Positions 9,995-19,281 of a stretch of 64,000 bases of DNA are shown here, in pieces. This stretch comes from an uncultured Pseudomonadota bacterium (lineage in GTDB: Bacteria; Pseudomonadota; Alphaproteobacteria; JACZXZ01). Numbering within the stretch: the first letter of the stretch is position 1; the number at the start of each line of letters is the position of its first letter. A program made the position numbers and the translations under genes. The notes beneath the pieces are model-generated. The model worked only from the letters and a program-made list of their open reading frames with translations, did not search any database and was not told where the DNA came from. The stretch is taken from positions 1,152,001-1,216,000 of the forward strand of contig CAVVLJ010000016.1 in the NCBI GenBank assembly GCA_963749075.1, written 5' to 3'.

Positions 9995-11433
9995 GCGATG
10001 CCACCATCCTCGTGGCGGACGACGATCGCGCCATCCGCACGGTGCTGAACCAGGCCCTGGGGCGTGCCGGCTACAGCGTGCGCACCACCGGGAACGCGGC
10101 CACGCTGTGGCGCTGGGTGTCGGACGGGGAGGGGGATCTCGTCATCACCGACGTGCTGATGCCGGACGAGAACGGCCTCGACCTCATCCCGCGCATCAAG
10201 AAGGTCCGCCCCGACCTGCGCATCATCGTGATGAGCGCGCAGAACAACCTTCTCACCGCCGTGAAGGCGACCGAGCGCGGCGCCTTCGAGTATCTGCCCA
10301 AGCCTTTCGACCTGCGCGAGCTCGTCGGCATGGTCGAGCGCGCCCTCACCAGCCGGCCCGCCAACGAGGACACCGCCTCGCCGCTCGACACCGAGGAGCA
10401 GCTTCCCCTCATCGGCCGCTCGGCGGCGATGCAGGAAATCTACCGCGTGCTCGCGCGCCTCATGGGCACGGACCTGACCGTGACGATCACCGGCGAGTCG
10501 GGCACCGGCAAGGAGCTCGTCGCGCGCGCGCTCCACGACTACGGCAAGCGCCGCGCCGGCCCCTTCGTCGCCATCAACATGGCGGCGATCCCGCGCGAGC
10601 TCATCGAGAGCGAGCTCTTCGGCCATGAGAAAGGCGCCTTCACCGGCGCCAACGCCCGCTACGCCGGCCGCTTCGAGCAGGCCGACCGCGGCACGCTCTT
10701 CCTCGACGAGATCGGCGACATGCCGCTCGAGGCCCAGACCCGGCTCCTGCGCGTGCTGCAGGCGGGCGAGTACACCACGGTCGGCGGCCGCACGCCCATC
10801 CGCGCCGACGTGCGCATCATCGCCGCCACCCACCGCGACCTGCGGCAATACATCCGCCAGGGCCTCTTCCGCGAGGACCTGTTCTACCGCCTGAACGTCG
10901 TGCCGATGAGGCTGCCCCCCTTGCGCGAGCGCAGCGAGGACATCCCGGCGCTCGCCCGCCACTTCCTCAACCGCGCCGCCCAGCAGGGCCTGCCCGCCAA
11001 GACCATCGACCAGGTCGCCATGGAGCGCTTGAAGCAGCACCGCTGGCCGGGCAACGTGCGCGAGCTCGAGAACCTCATCCAGCGGCTCGCAGCGCTCTAT
11101 GCCCAGGAGGTCATCGGGGTCGACGTGATCGAGGCCGAGCTCGCCGACGTGAGTCCGCACGCCGCGGGCGCCAAGGCGCCCGTCGACGACAGCTTAGGCA
11201 CCTCCGTAGAGCGCCACCTCAAGGATTATTTCGCGGCGCACAAGGACGGTCTCCCGGCGGCCGGGCTCTACGACCGCATCCTGAGGGAGGTCGAGCGGCC
11301 GCTGCTCTCCTTGAGCCTCGCGGCCACGCGCGGCAACCAGATCAAGGCGGCCCGGCTCTTGGGCCTCAACCGCAACACCCTGCGCAAGAAAATCCGCGAG
11401 TTGGACATCCAGGTTTTGCGCGGCGTAAAATAG
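9991..11433 (+). CDS. ntrC: sigma54 response regulator NtrC (GlnG)
   Basis: REC domain, [21 protein letters not shown], Fis-type [14 protein letters not shown]. Confidence 0.97.
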   Translation: MSDATILVADDDRAIRTVLNQALGRAGYSVRTTGNAATLWRWVSDGEGDLVITDVLMPDENGLDLIPRIKKVRPDLRIIVMSAQNNLLTAVKATERGAFEYLPKPFDLRELVGMVERALTSRPANEDTASPLDTEEQLPLIGRSAAMQEIYRVLARLMGTDLTVTITGESGTGKELVARALHDYGKRRAGPFVAINMAAIPRELIESELFGHEKGAFTGANARYAGRFEQADRGTLFLDEIGDMPLEAQTRLLRVLQAGEYTTVGGRTPIRADVRIIAATHRDLRQYIRQGLFREDLFYRLNVVPMRLPPLRERSEDIPALARHFLNRAAQQGLPAKTIDQVAMERLKQHRWPGNVRELENLIQRLAALYAQEVIGVDVIEAELADVSPHAAGAKAPVDDSLGTSVERHLKDYFAAHKDGLPAAGLYDRILREVERPLLSLSLAATRGNQIKAARLLGLNRNTLRKKIRELDIQVLRGVK

Positions 11434-11474
11434 CGCCTTTCCACGGATGAGGCGGACTCCCCCGCCTGGCCGGG

Positions 11475-13811
11475 ATGCGGACCATGACGGGCAGCAAGAG
11501 CGAGCGCAACGCCGCCAAGCCGATCGGCAAGTGGACGAGCTGGTTCGCCCGCAGCGGACTGCGGCGCACGCTTGCCATTGCGCTCGCCGCCTGTGCGGCA
11601 CTCTCCGGGCTCGCCACCTACGCGGCGTTGACCAAGGCGCTGCCGGTCGAGGTTTCGCCCAACCTCATTCTCGTCCTCCTCTACATCGACCTCATCTTTC
11701 TCCTCCTCCTCGTCGCGGTGGTGGCGCGGCGCATCACGATGATCTGGATGGAGCGGCGCCGCGGCTCGGCCGGCTCGCGGCTTCACGTCCGGCTCGTGGT
11801 GCTCTTCAGCCTGATCACGGTGGCGCCCACCATCATCGTCGCCGTCTTTTCCAGCTTCTTCTTCAACTTCGGCCTGCAATCGTGGTTCAGCGAGAAGGTG
11901 CGCACGGCGATCCAGGAGTCCGTGGCGGTGGCCAACGCCTATCTCGACGAGAACGTGCGCAACATCAAGGCCGACGCGACCTCGCTCGGCGCCCATCTGC
12001 AGGGCAGCCTCGCGCTGCTGGAGAGCGGCGATCCCCAGAAGATCGCCCAGTTCGAGCGCATCCTCAACGACGACGTCGACCAGCTCTCGCTCACCGAGGC
12101 GGTGATCTTCGACGATTCGTTCCGCGTGCTCGCGCGCGCGCGCCTGAGCTTCGACATGGAGCAGGAAGGCATTCCCGACCAGGCCCTGGACAAGGCGAAA
12201 AGCGGCGAAGTGGCGCTGCTCAGGAGCGAGGCGGACGACCGGGTGAGGGCGCTCCTGCGCATCGAGCCGCCGAGCGGCACCATCATGCCGAACCTCTATC
12301 TCTTCGTCGGCCGCTTCGTGGAGCCGGGCGTCCTCCAGCACGTCGAGCGCGCCCAGGCCGCGCTCAGCGATTACCGCGCGCTCGAGGTCGCGCGCGCCGA
12401 CATCGAGATCACCTTTGCCCTCATCTTCGGCGTCGTGGCGCTCCTGCTGCTGCTCGCCGCCGTGTGGGTCGGGCTCTATTTCGCGACCCAGCTCGTGCGC
12501 CCCATCTCGGTGCTGATCGCCGCTGCCGAGCGCGTGCGTGCGGGCGATCTCTCGGCGCGCGTGCCCGAGGCGGACGCCAAGGCGGACGAGATCGGCTCCT
12601 TGAGCCGCGCCTTCAACCGCATGACCGGCCAGCTCGAGGAGCAGCGCCGCGAGCTCGTCGAGGCCAACCGCCAGCTCGACGCGCGCCGCCGCTTCACCGA
12701 GGCGGTGCTCTCCGGCGTCTCCGCGGGCGTCATCGGCCTCGATCCGCGCGGCCGGGTCAACCTGCCGAACCGCTCGGCCTGCGAGCTGCTCTCGACGAAC
12801 GCCGAGCATCTCATCGGCCATCTCCTCGAGGAGGTGGTGCCCGAGGTGCAGGAGCTTCTGCGCGAGGCGCGCCGCCGCCCGCGGCAGCTCGTCGAGTCCG
12901 AGCTCAAGATCGCGCGCAAGGGCCGTACCCGCACGCTTCTGGTACGCATCGCGGCGGAGCGCGTCAATCGCGAGACCAAGGGCTTCGTCGTCACCTTCGA
13001 CGACATCTCCGAGCTCCTCGCCGCCCAGCGCACGGCCGCCTGGGGCGACGTGGCGCGGCGCATCGCGCACGAGATCAAGAACCCGTTGACGCCGATCCAG
13101 CTCTCGGCCGAGCGGCTCAAGCGCAAGTACCTCAAGGAGATCGTGAGCGACCCGGAGACCTTCCTCAACTGCACCGAGACGATCGTGCGCCAGGTCGGCG
13201 ACATCGGCCGCATGGTCGACGAATTCTCCGCCTTCGCGCGCATGCCGGCGCCCGTCATGCGCGAGGAGGATCTGGTCGAGCTCTGCCGGCAGGCGCTGTT
13301 CCTCCAACGCCAGGGCAATCCCGACATCGCCTACGAGAGCGTGCTGCCGGAAGGCCCGCTCCGCTTTCGCTGCGACGCGCGGCAGCTCGGCCAGGCGCTG
13401 ACCAACCTTCTCAAGAACGCCGCGGAGTCGATTCACGCCGAGCCCGCGCGGCCGGAGGACGGCCCGGCGCAGCGCGGCACGATCGCGCTGCGCCTCGCCA
13501 CGGGCGAGGGCTACGCCGAGGTCGCCGTCGAGGACAACGGCAAGGGCCTGCCGGCGGCCGACCGGGAGCGGCTGACGGAGCCCTACGTGACGACGCGCGA
13601 GAAGGGCACGGGCCTGGGGCTCGCCATCGTGCGCAAGATCATGGAAGATCATCACGGCGACCTGGTGCTCGGCGATCGCGAAGGCGGCGGGGCGCGCGTG
13701 GTGCTGCGCTTCGCACTTGCCGAGCCGCCGCCCGCCGAGGACGAGGAAGAGAAGGGGACGGAGAGCAGCGCGCCGTCCAGCGTCGAACCGGCAACCGCCC
13801 ATGGCTCATGA
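11475..13811 (+). CDS. ntrY: sensor histidine kinase NtrY
   Basis: TM-HAMP-PAS, AWGDVARRIAHEIKNPLTPIQLSAERL, PYVTTREKGTGLGL. Confidence 0.95.
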   Translation: MRTMTGSKSERNAAKPIGKWTSWFARSGLRRTLAIALAACAALSGLATYAALTKALPVEVSPNLILVLLYIDLIFLLLLVAVVARRITMIWMERRRGSAGSRLHVRLVVLFSLITVAPTIIVAVFSSFFFNFGLQSWFSEKVRTAIQESVAVANAYLDENVRNIKADATSLGAHLQGSLALLESGDPQKIAQFERILNDDVDQLSLTEAVIFDDSFRVLARARLSFDMEQEGIPDQALDKAKSGEVALLRSEADDRVRALLRIEPPSGTIMPNLYLFVGRFVEPGVLQHVERAQAALSDYRALEVARADIEITFALIFGVVALLLLLAAVWVGLYFATQLVRPISVLIAAAERVRAGDLSARVPEADAKADEIGSLSRAFNRMTGQLEEQRRELVEANRQLDARRRFTEAVLSGVSAGVIGLDPRGRVNLPNRSACELLSTNAEHLIGHLLEEVVPEVQELLREARRRPRQLVESELKIARKGRTRTLLVRIAAERVNRETKGFVVTFDDISELLAAQRTAAWGDVARRIAHEIKNPLTPIQLSAERLKRKYLKEIVSDPETFLNCTETIVRQVGDIGRMVDEFSAFARMPAPVMREEDLVELCRQALFLQRQGNPDIAYESVLPEGPLRFRCDARQLGQALTNLLKNAAESIHAEPARPEDGPAQRGTIALRLATGEGYAEVAVEDNGKGLPAADRERLTEPYVTTREKGTGLGLAIVRKIMEDHHGDLVLGDREGGGARVVLRFALAEPPPAEDEEEKGTESSAPSSVEPATAHGS

Positions 13812-15204
13812 CATCCTGATCGTCGACGACGAGGCGGACATCCGCCTGCTCATCGCGGAAATCCTGCGCGACGAAGGCTACGACACGCGCGAGGCGGTCA
13901 ACAGCACCGAGGCCTTCGCGGCCATGAAGGCGCGCCGCCCGAGCCTCGTCGTGCTCGACATCTGGCTGCAGGGCAGCGAGCTCGACGGCCTCGGCATTCT
14001 CGAGGTGGTGCGCGAGAGCCATCCCAGCGTTCCGGTGCTGATGATCTCGGGGCACGGCACGATCGAGACCGCGGTCAATGCCATCAAGCGCGGCGCCTAC
14101 GACTTCATCGAGAAGCCCTTCAAGACCGACCGGCTCCTGCTCATGGTCGAGCGCGCCATCGAGGCGGCGCGGCTTAAGCGCGAGAACGAGGAGCTGCGCG
14201 TGCGCGCGGGCGGCGAGGTCGAGCTGATCGGCCGCTCGCCGGTGGTGAGCCAGCTCCGCCAGTCGATCGACAAGGTGGCGCCGACGGGGAGCCGCGTGCT
14301 CATCACCGGCCCGGCGGGCTCGGGCAAGGAGGTGGTGGCGCGCCTCATCCACGCGAGCTCGCGGCGCTCGGAGGGGCCGTTCATCGTGCTCAACTGTGCC
14401 ACCATGCGGCCCGAGAACCTCGAGAGCGAGCTCTTCGGCGTCGACGGCGGCGGCAAGGAGGGCGGCGTCGGCAAGGTCGGCACGCTCGAGCAGGCGCACA
14501 ACGGCACGCTCCTCCTCGACGAGGTCGCCGACATGCCGCTCGAGACCCAGGGCAAGATCGTGCGCGCGCTGCAGGAGCAGACCTTCGAGCGCGTCGGCGG
14601 CAAGACCCGCGTCAAGGTCGACGTGCGCGTCATCGCCTCGACCAACCGCGATCTGCGCGAGGAGATCGTCGCCGCGCGCTTCCGCGAGGATCTCTATTAC
14701 CGGCTCAACGTGGTGCCGCTCCGCGTGCCGGCGCTGCGCGAGCGGCGCGAGGACATTCCGTTGCTCGCGCGCGCCTTCATGACGCGCTACGCGAGCGCCT
14801 CCGGCCTCTCGGAGCGGCAGATCGGCGAGGACGCCATGGCGGCGCTGCAGTCCTACGACTGGCCCGGCAGCGTGCGCCAGCTGCGCAACGTCATCGAGTG
14901 GCTGCTCATCATGGCGCCGGGCGAGGCGCGCGATCCCATCCACGCCGACATGCTGCCGCCCGAGATCGGCGCCATCGCACCTCCCGTGCTCAAGTGGGAC
15001 CGCGCCGGCGAGATCATGGCGCTGCCCTTGCGCGACGCGCGCGAGCTCTTCGAGCGGCAGTATCTCCTCGCCCAGGTGACGCGCTTCGGCGGCAACATCT
15101 CGCGCACGGCGGCCTTCATCGGCATGGAGCGCTCCGCCCTCCATCGCAAGCTCAAGACGCTCGGCGTGCATACGAGCGACAAGGGACCGGCCTATGACGC
15201 TTAA
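13801..15204 (+). CDS. ntrX: response regulator NtrX
   Basis: [19 protein letters not shown]+ domain lacking GAFTGA, C-terminal [11 protein letters not shown]. Confidence 0.95.
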   Translation: MAHDILIVDDEADIRLLIAEILRDEGYDTREAVNSTEAFAAMKARRPSLVVLDIWLQGSELDGLGILEVVRESHPSVPVLMISGHGTIETAVNAIKRGAYDFIEKPFKTDRLLLMVERAIEAARLKRENEELRVRAGGEVELIGRSPVVSQLRQSIDKVAPTGSRVLITGPAGSGKEVVARLIHASSRRSEGPFIVLNCATMRPENLESELFGVDGGGKEGGVGKVGTLEQAHNGTLLLDEVADMPLETQGKIVRALQEQTFERVGGKTRVKVDVRVIASTNRDLREEIVAARFREDLYYRLNVVPLRVPALRERREDIPLLARAFMTRYASASGLSERQIGEDAMAALQSYDWPGSVRQLRNVIEWLLIMAPGEARDPIHADMLPPEIGAIAPPVLKWDRAGEIMALPLRDARELFERQYLLAQVTRFGGNISRTAAFIGMERSALHRKLKTLGVHTSDKGPAYDA

Positions 15205-15207
15205 GCC

Positions 15208-15300
15208 GGACGACGGACGGCGGACGACGGAGGACAGACGCTTCCGGTTCGCCAATCGAATTCCGTCTTCTGTCGTCCGTCGTCCGTCGTCCGCCGTCTG
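15208..15300. repeat. intergenic palindromic repeat built from heptamer units (GGACGAC / GTCGTCC)
   Basis: Left arm ggacgacggacggcggacgacggaggacaga pairs with right arm tctgtcgtccgtcgtccgtcgtccgccgtct. Confidence 0.75.
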
Positions 15301-16164
15301 ATGTCCCGCCTCGCCTACGTCAACGGGCGCTACCTGCCGCACCGGGCGGCGGCGGTCCACATCGAGGACCGCGGCTACCAGTTCGCCGACGGCGTCTACG
15401 AGGTGATCGCGGTCGAGGGCGGACGGCTCGTCGACGAGGAGCCGCATCTCGAGCGCCTGGCGCGCTCGCTGGGCGAGCTCAGTATCCGTCCGCCGATGCC
15501 GCCCGCGGCCCTCAAGTCGGTGATGCGCGAGGTGCTGCGCCGCAACCGCGTGCGGAACGGCAGCATCTACATCCAGATGACGCGCGGGGTGGCGCCGCGC
15601 GACCATCCCTTCCCGGCGGCGAGCGAGACCTCGGTCGTGATGACGGCCAAGCGCCTCCGCCGGCAGCCGCGGCACGCGGTCGAGGACGGCATCCGAGTCA
15701 TCACGCTGCCGGACAACCGCTGGGCGCGCTGCGACATCAAGTCGGTGAGCCTGTTGCCGAACGTGCTCGCCAAGCAGCGCGCGCGCGAGGCGGGGGCCTA
15801 CGAGGCGTGGTTCGTCGATGCCGCAGGCCTCGTCACCGAGGGCAGCTCGACCAACGCCTGGATCGTCACCAAGGACGGCAAGCTCGTCACGCGCTCGGCC
15901 AACCATGCCATCCTCAACGGCATCACGCGGCAATCGACCATCAGGCTCGCCCACGAGAACGGCCTTCTCCTGGAACAGCGCGCCTTCAGCGTGGCCGAGG
16001 CCCAGGCCGCGCGCGAAGCCTTCCTCACCAGCACCACCTCCCTCGTGCTGCCGGTGACCGAGATCGACGGCAAGGCGATCGGCAACGGCAAGGCCGGCTC
16101 CTTCGCCCTCAAGTTGCGCGCCATCTATCTCGACTACGCGGGCGGTGCGGGGGCGCGCGCGTGA
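15301..16164 (+). CDS. dat: D-amino-acid aminotransferase (class IV PLP)
   Basis: IEDRGYQFADGVYEV, RCDIKSVSLLPNVLAK, TEGSSTN, ILNGITR. Confidence 0.93.
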   Translation: MSRLAYVNGRYLPHRAAAVHIEDRGYQFADGVYEVIAVEGGRLVDEEPHLERLARSLGELSIRPPMPPAALKSVMREVLRRNRVRNGSIYIQMTRGVAPRDHPFPAASETSVVMTAKRLRRQPRHAVEDGIRVITLPDNRWARCDIKSVSLLPNVLAKQRAREAGAYEAWFVDAAGLVTEGSSTNAWIVTKDGKLVTRSANHAILNGITRQSTIRLAHENGLLLEQRAFSVAEAQAAREAFLTSTTSLVLPVTEIDGKAIGNGKAGSFALKLRAIYLDYAGGAGARA

Positions 16165-16856
16165 GCGGCACGGGCGGGCTCGAGGGGCGCGCGGCGATTC
16201 CCTTGCCGCGCGCGCTGCTCTTCGATTGGGACAGCACCCTCGTCGACAACTGGCGCAGCATCGAGGAGGCGCTCAACGTCACCCTCGTGGCCATGGGACA
16301 GCGGCCCTGGACGGCGGAGGAGACGCGCGCGCGGGTGCGCGCCTCGCTCCGCGAGAGCTTTCCCGAGCTCTTCGGCGAGCGCTGGGTCGAGGCGCGGCAA
16401 ATTTTCTACGAGGCCATCACCGAGCGGCATTTGACGCACCTCGCCCCGCTGCCCGGTGCCGAGGAGATGCTCGCCGAGCTCCACGGGCGCGGCCACTATC
16501 TCGGCATCGTGAGCAACAAGACCGGAGCGCTCCTGCGCAAGGAGGCGGCGCATCTCGGCTGGGAGCGCTACTTCGGCCGCCTGATCGGGGGAGGGGACGC
16601 CGAGCGCGACAAGCCCGATGCGGCGCCGGTGGCGCTGGCACTCGCGGGCAGCGGCATCGCCCCGGGCGCCGAGGTGTGGCTCGTCGGCGATACGGCGCTC
16701 GACATGCTCTGCGCGCGCAATGCCGGCTGCGTCGCCGTGCTCATCGCAGGCGCCGGCCAGGGGCGCGACGACTTCTCGGCGGCCCCCCCGGCGCGCCAGG
16801 TCCCCGACTGCTTTTCGCTGGGCGCCCTTGTCCGCGAACTCGCCGAGCCCATATAA
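16161..16856 (+). CDS. HAD-family hydrolase (phosphoglycolate phosphatase-like)
   Basis: LFDWDSTLVD, SNK, DKPD, VGDTALD; GTG start overlaps the dat stop. Confidence 0.88.
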   Translation: MSGTGGLEGRAAIPLPRALLFDWDSTLVDNWRSIEEALNVTLVAMGQRPWTAEETRARVRASLRESFPELFGERWVEARQIFYEAITERHLTHLAPLPGAEEMLAELHGRGHYLGIVSNKTGALLRKEAAHLGWERYFGRLIGGGDAERDKPDAAPVALALAGSGIAPGAEVWLVGDTALDMLCARNAGCVAVLIAGAGQGRDDFSAAPPARQVPDCFSLGALVRELAEPI

Positions 16857-16937
16857 GGCTGGTCGCACTCCGGGACGGCCGTTCGCCGGTCGTTCCGAGG
16901 GATAGCCGCATGGTCAAATATAAGAGGGGATCGATCC

Positions 16938-17189
16938 ATGTCCTCCGAGAAGACGCAAAACTTGCAGGATGTATTCCTGAATCACATACGGAAAAATAAG
17001 ACGCCGGTTACGATATTTCTTGTCAATGGCGTGAAATTGCAAGGAATCGTGACTTGGTTCGACAACTTCTCTGTTCTCCTCCGGCGTGATCACCATTCGC
17101 AGCTCGTTTACAAGCATGCGATCTCCACTGTGATGCCGACGGGCCCGATTCAGCTCTTCGAGCAGGACAAGGAGGTCGCCGAGGCGTGA
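16938..17189 (+). CDS. hfq: RNA chaperone Hfq
   Basis: [31 protein letters not shown]. Confidence 0.99.
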   Translation: MSSEKTQNLQDVFLNHIRKNKTPVTIFLVNGVKLQGIVTWFDNFSVLLRRDHHSQLVYKHAISTVMPTGPIQLFEQDKEVAEA

Positions 17190-17190
17190 T

Positions 17191-18516
17191 TTGCCGCCGC
17201 TAGAGCGCATGGAGGCCGCGCGCGGCGAGGGCGGGGCGACAGTTCACGCTCTTGTGATCCATCCGGCTCCCAAGTCCCACGCGAGCAACGGCAGGACTCC
17301 CGAGGCGCGGCTCGAGGAGGCGGTGGCGCTTGCCCGCGCCATCGGCCTTGCCGTCGTTCATGCCGAGGTGGTGCGCATCGCCGAGCGCCGCCCGGCGAGC
17401 CTTTTCGGCAAGGGGACCGTAGCCCGCCTCGGCGAGCGCGTGGCCGCGGAGGAGGCCGCCGTCGTGGTGGTCAACGGCGCGCTCAGCCCGGTGCAGCAGC
17501 GCAATCTCGAGCGGGCGTGGAAGTGCAAGGTCATCGACCGCACGGCGCTCATCCTCGAGATTTTCGGCGAGCGGGCGCGCACGCGCGAGGGCCGCCTCCA
17601 GGTCGAGCTCGCCCATCTCTCCTACCAGAGGAGCCGCCTGGTGCGCAGCTGGACGCATCTCGAGCGCCAGCGCGGCGGCTTCGGCTTCCTCGGCGGGCCG
17701 GGCGAGAGCCAGATCGAGCTCGACCGCCGTCTCATCGGCGAGCGCATCATCAAGATCAAGCGCGAGCTCGAAAGCGTCGTCAGGCGGCGCGAGCTGCAGC
17801 GCGCCGCGCGCCGGCGCGTGCCCTATCCGGTGGTGGCGCTCGTCGGCTACACCAATGCCGGCAAGTCGACGCTCTTCAACCGCCTGACCAACGCCGCGGT
17901 GCTGGCGGAAGACCTCCTCTTCGCGACCCTCGATCCGACCATGCGCTCGCTCGAGCTGCCCTCGGGCCGCAGCGTCATCCTCTCCGACACGGTCGGCTTC
18001 ATCTCGGAGCTGCCGGTCGAGCTCGTCGCCGCCTTCCGCGCCACCCTCGAGGAGGTGCGCGAGGCCGATACGATCGTGCACGTGCGCGATGCGGCACACC
18101 CCGAGAGCGAGGCGCAGAAGGAGGACGTCCACACCGTGCTGAAGGCACTCGGCCTCGGCAGCGCGGTCGACGAAGGGCTCATCGAGGTGCTCAACAAGAT
18201 CGATTGCCTCTCGCGCGAGGAGCTGCAGCGCCTGCGCGAGGTTGCCCTGCGCAGCAACCGCAGCGTGATCCCGCTCTCCGCACTCAGCGGCGAGGGCTGC
18301 GACGCGCTCCTTCGCGTCCTCGACGAGCGGCTCGCAGAGGGGCGCGGCATCGTGGCCCTCGAGGTGCCGCTTGCCGACGGCGCCACGCTCGCCTGGCTCT
18401 ACCGGCGCGGCGAGGTGCTGAGCCGCACCGACGACGAGGCGCACGCCCATCTCACCGTGCGGCTCGAGCCCGCCGACCAGGCCCGGCTCGCGCACCGGGG
18501 CGTGCGCGCGATCTGA
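17191..18516 (+). CDS. hflX: GTPase HflX
   Basis: WTHLERQRGG, GYTNAGKST, LFATLDPT, DTVGFI, NKID; follows hfq. Confidence 0.97.
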   Translation: MPPLERMEAARGEGGATVHALVIHPAPKSHASNGRTPEARLEEAVALARAIGLAVVHAEVVRIAERRPASLFGKGTVARLGERVAAEEAAVVVVNGALSPVQQRNLERAWKCKVIDRTALILEIFGERARTREGRLQVELAHLSYQRSRLVRSWTHLERQRGGFGFLGGPGESQIELDRRLIGERIIKIKRELESVVRRRELQRAARRRVPYPVVALVGYTNAGKSTLFNRLTNAAVLAEDLLFATLDPTMRSLELPSGRSVILSDTVGFISELPVELVAAFRATLEEVREADTIVHVRDAAHPESEAQKEDVHTVLKALGLGSAVDEGLIEVLNKIDCLSREELQRLREVALRSNRSVIPLSALSGEGCDALLRVLDERLAEGRGIVALEVPLADGATLAWLYRRGEVLSRTDDEAHAHLTVRLEPADQARLAHRGVRAI

Positions 18517-18540
18517 GCGGCCGCCCGGCCGCCCGCCGGC

Positions 18541-19281
18541 TCAGCCGCCGTCCTCCTTCGCGCATTGCACGAGCGCCGCGATGCGGCGGAGCTCCGCGTC
18601 CGCCCCGCCCGCGGCTGCCGCGGCCGAGCGGAATGCTATGCCGTGGGCGGCGAGGAAACGCTTGATGTCGCCGGCGGGCACCGCGACGCTCTCGTCGGGC
18701 CGGGCGACGAATTGGCCGATGATCATGCCTCGGAGGATGCCCGCCTCGTCGAGGACGGGTCCGCCGCTGTTGCCCTCGCGGAGGCTCGCCTCGATCACCA
18801 GCACGCGGCGGCCCGACGGCACGGCCGCCATGCCGACCACGGTGCCCTCCGTCAGCACCGCCGCCTCGGGATTGTCGGGGACCAGGCCGTAACCGATGAC
18901 CGTCACGGAGCTGCCGGTGGGCAACGCCGGGCGGCGGGGGAGTAGGGCCGCCGCCGCGCGCGCGCCGGACGTGCTGAGAAGCGCCAGGTCGCGCGCCGCG
19001 TCGAGTGCTACGAGCTTGGCGTCCTGCGGCGGCCGCTGCGGCTGCCAGAGCGAGATGCGGCGGCACGCGGCCACCACATGCGCGCTCGTCAGGAGATAGC
19101 CGGCACTCGACACGAAGAAGGCGGTGCCGCTGCGCACGAGGGGCGCCGACGGCGTGGTCCCGGCGGCAAGCGCGCTTGCGAGGGTGCTCGACAGAAGCCA
19201 AAGAGCAAGCACGGCCCGGGCGTGCGCGGCCCGCCGGCGCCAGGCTGCCGCACGCCCCGCGGCCGCCGCGGCGCTCCTCAC
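18541..19281 (-). CDS. exported trypsin-like (S1) serine protease
   Basis: Signal-like VLALWLLSSTLASALA, SGTAFFV..YLLTSAHVV (His), RDLALL (Asp), GNSGGP (Ser); GTGA overlap with the kinase stop. Confidence 0.85.
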   Translation of the reverse strand: MRSAAAAAGRAAAWRRRAAHARAVLALWLLSSTLASALAAGTTPSAPLVRSGTAFFVSSAGYLLTSAHVVAACRRISLWQPQRPPQDAKLVALDAARDLALLSTSGARAAAALLPRRPALPTGSSVTVIGYGLVPDNPEAAVLTEGTVVGMAAVPSGRRVLVIEASLREGNSGGPVLDEAGILRGMIIGQFVARPDESVAVPAGDIKRFLAAHGIAFRSAAAAAGGADAELRRIAALVQCAKEDGG

